From positions 35,402,001-35,466,000 of the forward strand of contig OZ024757.1 in NCBI GenBank assembly GCA_964016885.1: 64,000 nt of DNA, read 5' to 3'. Numbering within the stretch: position 1 is the stretch's first letter; each line of letters begins with the position of its first letter. The DNA is from Eledone cirrhosa (lineage: Eukaryota). The position numbers and the translations under genes are program-made. Under the pieces are notes generated by a model. That model did no database searches and had not been told where the DNA came from. It worked only from the letters and a program-made list of their open reading frames with translations. This document shows, one piece after another, positions 59,956-64,000 of this stretch.

Positions 59956-60208
59956 GTATATATATATATGTATATATATATATATGTATATATATATATG
60001 TATATATATGTATATGTATATATATGTATATGTATATATATGTATATATATATATATGTATATATATATTTGTATATATATGTATATGTATATATATATA
60101 TAGATATGTATATATATAGATATGTATATATATATAGATATGTATATATATATAGATATGTATATGTATATGTATATATATATAGATATGTATATATATA
60201 TAGATATG

Positions 60209-60239
<31 letters not shown>

Positions 60240-60373
60240 GTATATGTATATATATATGTATATGTATATATATATGTATATATATATGTATATGTATATA
60301 TATATATATGTATATATATATATGTATATGTATATATATATATATGTATATGTATATATATATATATGTATAT

Positions 60374-60445
<72 letters not shown>

Positions 60446-60476
60446 TTGTGTATATGTATATATATATTTGTGTATA

Positions 60477-60513
<37 letters not shown>

Positions 60514-60518
60514 CACAT

Positions 60519-60549
<31 letters not shown>

Positions 60550-60551
60550 GG

Positions 60552-60605
<54 letters not shown>

Positions 60606-60608
60606 CGC

Positions 60609-60641
<33 letters not shown>

Positions 60642-60682
60642 TATATATATATATACACACATATATATATATATATATACAT
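59800..60682. repeat. (TA)n/(TATG)n microsatellite
   Basis: Direct reading. Confidence 0.95.
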
Positions 60683-60769
60683 GTATCACCACAATATTCA
60701 TCTTCCAGATTAGAGATGTCATCATTTCATTTTCAGACGATGGTAACTATTCGGGTTGACACTGTCTCT

Positions 60770-61845
60770 GTAGTAGTAGTAGTGGTGGTGGTGGTGGTAG
60801 TAGTGGTGGTAGTAGTGGTGGTGGTGGTAGTAGTGGTGGTGGTAGTACTGGTGGTGGTGGTGGTAGTGGTAGTAGTGGTGGTAGTGGTGGTGGTGGTGGT
60901 TGTAGTAGTGGTGGTAGTGGTAGTGGTGGTGGTGGTGGTAGTAGTGGTGGTGGTGGTGCTGGTAGTAGTGGTAGTAGTAGTGGTGGTGGTGGTAGTGGTA
61001 GTAGTAGTGGTGGTGGTAGTGGTAGTAGTGGTGGTGGTGGTGGTAGCCGTAGTGGTGGTGGTGGTGGTAGTGGTAGTAGTGGTGGTGGTGGTGGCAGTAG
61101 TGGTGGTTGTGTTGCTAGTGGTGTTGGTGGTGATGTGTTGGTGTTGTTATTTGTGATGATGATGGCGTTGGTGTTGGTGGTGATGTGGATGGTGTTGGTA
61201 ATGGTGTTGTTGTTGTTGGTGGTGGTTGTGGTGATGTTAGTGGTGATGTTGATGGTGGTGATGGTGGTGTTGGAGGTGATGGTGGTGGTGGTGTTGTTGT
61301 TGGTGGTGATGGTAGTGGTGGTGGTGGTGATAGTGGTGTTGGAGGTGATGGTGGTGGTGATGGTGGTGGTGATGGTGGTGGTGGTGATGGTGGTGTTGGT
61401 GATGGTGGTGTTGGTGATGGTGGTGGTTGTGTTGGTGGTGGTTGTGGTGGTGGTGATGTTGGTGGTGATGGTAGTGTTGTTGGTAGTGGTGGTGGTGTTG
61501 GTGTTGGTGGTGGTGATGGTGGTGGTGTTGTTGGTGGTGGTGGTGGTGTTGTGTGATGGTGATGGTGGTGTTGGTGTTGATGATGGTGGTGTTGTTGGTG
61601 GTGGTGGTGGTGTTTGGTGGTGATGATGGTGGTGGTGGTGGTGGTGATGGTGTTGTTGTTGTTGGGGTGATGGTGGTGATTATGGTGTCGGGTTGTTGTT
61701 GTCGTTGTCGTTGACGATGTTGATGGTGTTGATAGAAGGTAATGGTAGTGGTGACGGTGGTATTGGTGGTAGTAGTGGTGGCGGCGATGGTGGTGTTGAC
61801 AGTGTTGTTGTTGTTGTTGATGGTGACGGATGCGGTGGCGTTGAT
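60770..61845. repeat. (GGT/AGT/TGT)n complex microsatellite
   Basis: Direct reading. Confidence 0.92.
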
Positions 61846-61949
61846 AGAAGAAGGTGACTCTCACGTCTTGTTAAAATTCTATAATTAAAAAACACCAAAT
61901 CTTTATCTTGTACATTTCAATTCCAATTTCGTTCATGGTTTCTAGCCCA

Positions 61950-62716
61950 CTGTGTGTGTAGGTTATATGTATGTGTGTGTATGTAGGTTATATGTGTGTG
62001 TAGGTTATATGTGTGTGTGTTTATGTGTGTATGTGTGTGTGTAGGTTATATGTGTGTGTGTGTAGGTGTGTGTAGGTTATATGTATGTGTGTATGTGTGT
62101 GTAGGTTATATGTGTGTGTGTAGGTGTGTGTAGGTTATATGTATGTGTGTGTGTGTGTGTGTAGGTTATATTGTATGTCTGTGTATGTGTGTGTAGGTTA
62201 TATGTATGTGTGTATGTGTGTGTGTGTGTGTGTAGGTTATATTGTATGTCTGTGTATGTGTGTGTAGGTTATATGTATGTGTGTGTAGGTTATATGTATG
62301 TGTGTGTATGTGTGTGTGTGTGTAGGTTATATGTATGTGTGTATGTGTGTGTAGGTTATATGTATGTGTGCGTATGTGTGTGTCTGTGTGTAGGTTATAT
62401 GTATGTGTGTGTATATGTGTGTAGGTTATATGTATGTGTGTGTAGGTTATATATGTGTGTGTATGTGTGTGTAGGCTATATATGTGTGTATGTGTGTATG
62501 TAGGTTATATATATGTGTGTCTGTGTGTGTGTATGTAGGTTATATATATATATGTGTGTGTCTGTGTATGCGTAGGTTATATATATATATGTGTCTGTGT
62601 GTGTGTAGGTTATATATATATATGTGTCTGTGTGTGTGTATGTAGGTTATATATATATATATGTGTGTGTCTGTGTATGCGTAGGTTATATATATATATA
62701 TGTGTGTGTGTGTGTG
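61950..62716. repeat. gtaggttata + (TG)n minisatellite
   Basis: Direct reading. Confidence 0.9.
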
Positions 62717-62823
62717 ACTTATATTGCTCACCTCCTCTCTCTCAATACTTATATATATTCATACACATACTCAGACATACACACATACTCTCTCTTACAC
62801 ACACATACAGACACACACACATA

Positions 62824-62857
<34 letters not shown>

Positions 62858-63121
62858 CTCCAACAGACACACACACACTCTCCAACACACACACGTACTC
62901 ATATTCACACACACACACACATACACATACTCAGTCTCACACACACATACTCTCTCTCACACACACACACACGCTGACACTCACTCACACGTACTCACAC
63001 ATACACATTATATATATATTCTGAAGAAAGCACTTTACCCACATCTTTTGAGAGCTCATTGAGTTAATGTCTGGGCGTTCTATGTACTACACCGGTGTTT
63101 ATAGCACCTACTTCAGTCTCA

Positions 63122-63192
<71 letters not shown>

Positions 63193-63630
63193 TAGATATA
63201 CGATATTAATAAATGGAAACTATATTTATAAAACCATATCTATTTCATTATACATATTTCAGGGATACCAAATTAAATTATGGTATGCCTTCATCAGACA
63301 AAATACAATATATAACAGTTCTACAAATAAGCTTTGACGTACTCTTTTAAAATGCGACCATTATGCTTCCAAAAATAATGGTCGCATTTTAAAAGGGTAC
63401 GTCAAAGCTTATTTGTAGAACTGTTATATATTGTATTTTGTCTGATTTCAGGCATACCATAATTTAATTTGGTATCCCTGAAATATGTATAATGAAATAG
63501 ATATGGTTTTATAAATATAGTTTCCATTTATTAATATCGTATATCTACTCCAAATACTTGTCGAGTGCTTTATATCAGTTATAAAAATATTTACTTGTTG
63601 TATCCCAACAATTTTAAATAGAACTTTTGC
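63193..63630 (+). mobile_element. Fold-back element (172-bp arms) with tail, between (TA)n tracts
   Basis: Arms 63193-63364 / 63375-63547, loop gcttccaaaa; gagtgct at 63563. Confidence 0.85.
63241..63305 (-). ncRNA. Type I hammerhead ribozyme (intact core)
   Basis: UAUUUUGU-CUGAUGA-AGG C AUACCA uaauuuaauu UGGUAU C CCU-GAAA-UAUGUA-UA-AUGAAAUA. Confidence 0.8.
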
Positions 63631-63869
63631 ATATATATATATATATATATATATTTTAAAAAATAGAGGTGTGACACACGAGTTGTGATATATTAGTCAA
63701 AAGGAGAAGAAAATGCTGACAAATTTTTCCCAGTGAAAAATAGTTTAATTAGGAATAAGTATAAATTAGTAATCAGTATTAGTTAGTATTCAGTTTTAGT
63801 TTTAAGTTTCTACCGGTTGCGCATTTCTAATGCTTTTCAAAAATAATTTAGAGATAGAGCGCTCGTGAT

Positions 63870-64000
63870 GTTTGCTCTAATCTGGTGCATCTTGTACGAC
63901 GCTCTACTAATATTGCCAATCGACCGCCCTTAATATAATAATAATAATTGTTTCTACTTTTGGCACAAGGCCAGCAATTACCCAGTGCATTACTAGTACT
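63870..64000 (-). mobile_element. SINE family A pieces (head of one copy, tail of the next)
   Basis: gacgctctactaatattgccaatcgaccgccc; ttgtttctacttttggcacaaggccagc. Confidence 0.75.

Overview
Repeat-dominated, AT-rich eukaryotic DNA with no convincing host gene. The SINE families and (TA)n/(CA)n load suggest an invertebrate, plausibly an octopod cephalopod (inference only). Nearly all ORFs in the track are microsatellite artefacts. Real content: a frameshifted R4/Dong-like RLE LINE (38.3-41.3 kb, minus), RTE, CRE-like and L1/Tx1-like LINE fragments, about 20 tRNA-derived SINE copies of two families, hAT, Tc1 and pogo-like MITEs, a complete non-autonomous Helitron nested in a MITE, and a 8.9-kb 46-bp satellite with a 68/71-unit higher-order duplication. 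The most interesting signal is a set of about a dozen short fold-back (long inverted repeat) elements lying in or next to (TA)n tracts. Many have a one-sided tail with a shared GAGTGC motif, and several carry type I hammerhead ribozyme folds read by eye (CUGANGA / GAAA / UH core, palindromic stem III, covarying stems I and II, recurrent C-C mismatch in stem II). This architecture fits inverted-pLTR, non-autonomous Penelope-like retroelements (retrozyme-like) that target TA microsatellites. All coordinates and folds were worked out manually and have not been computed.
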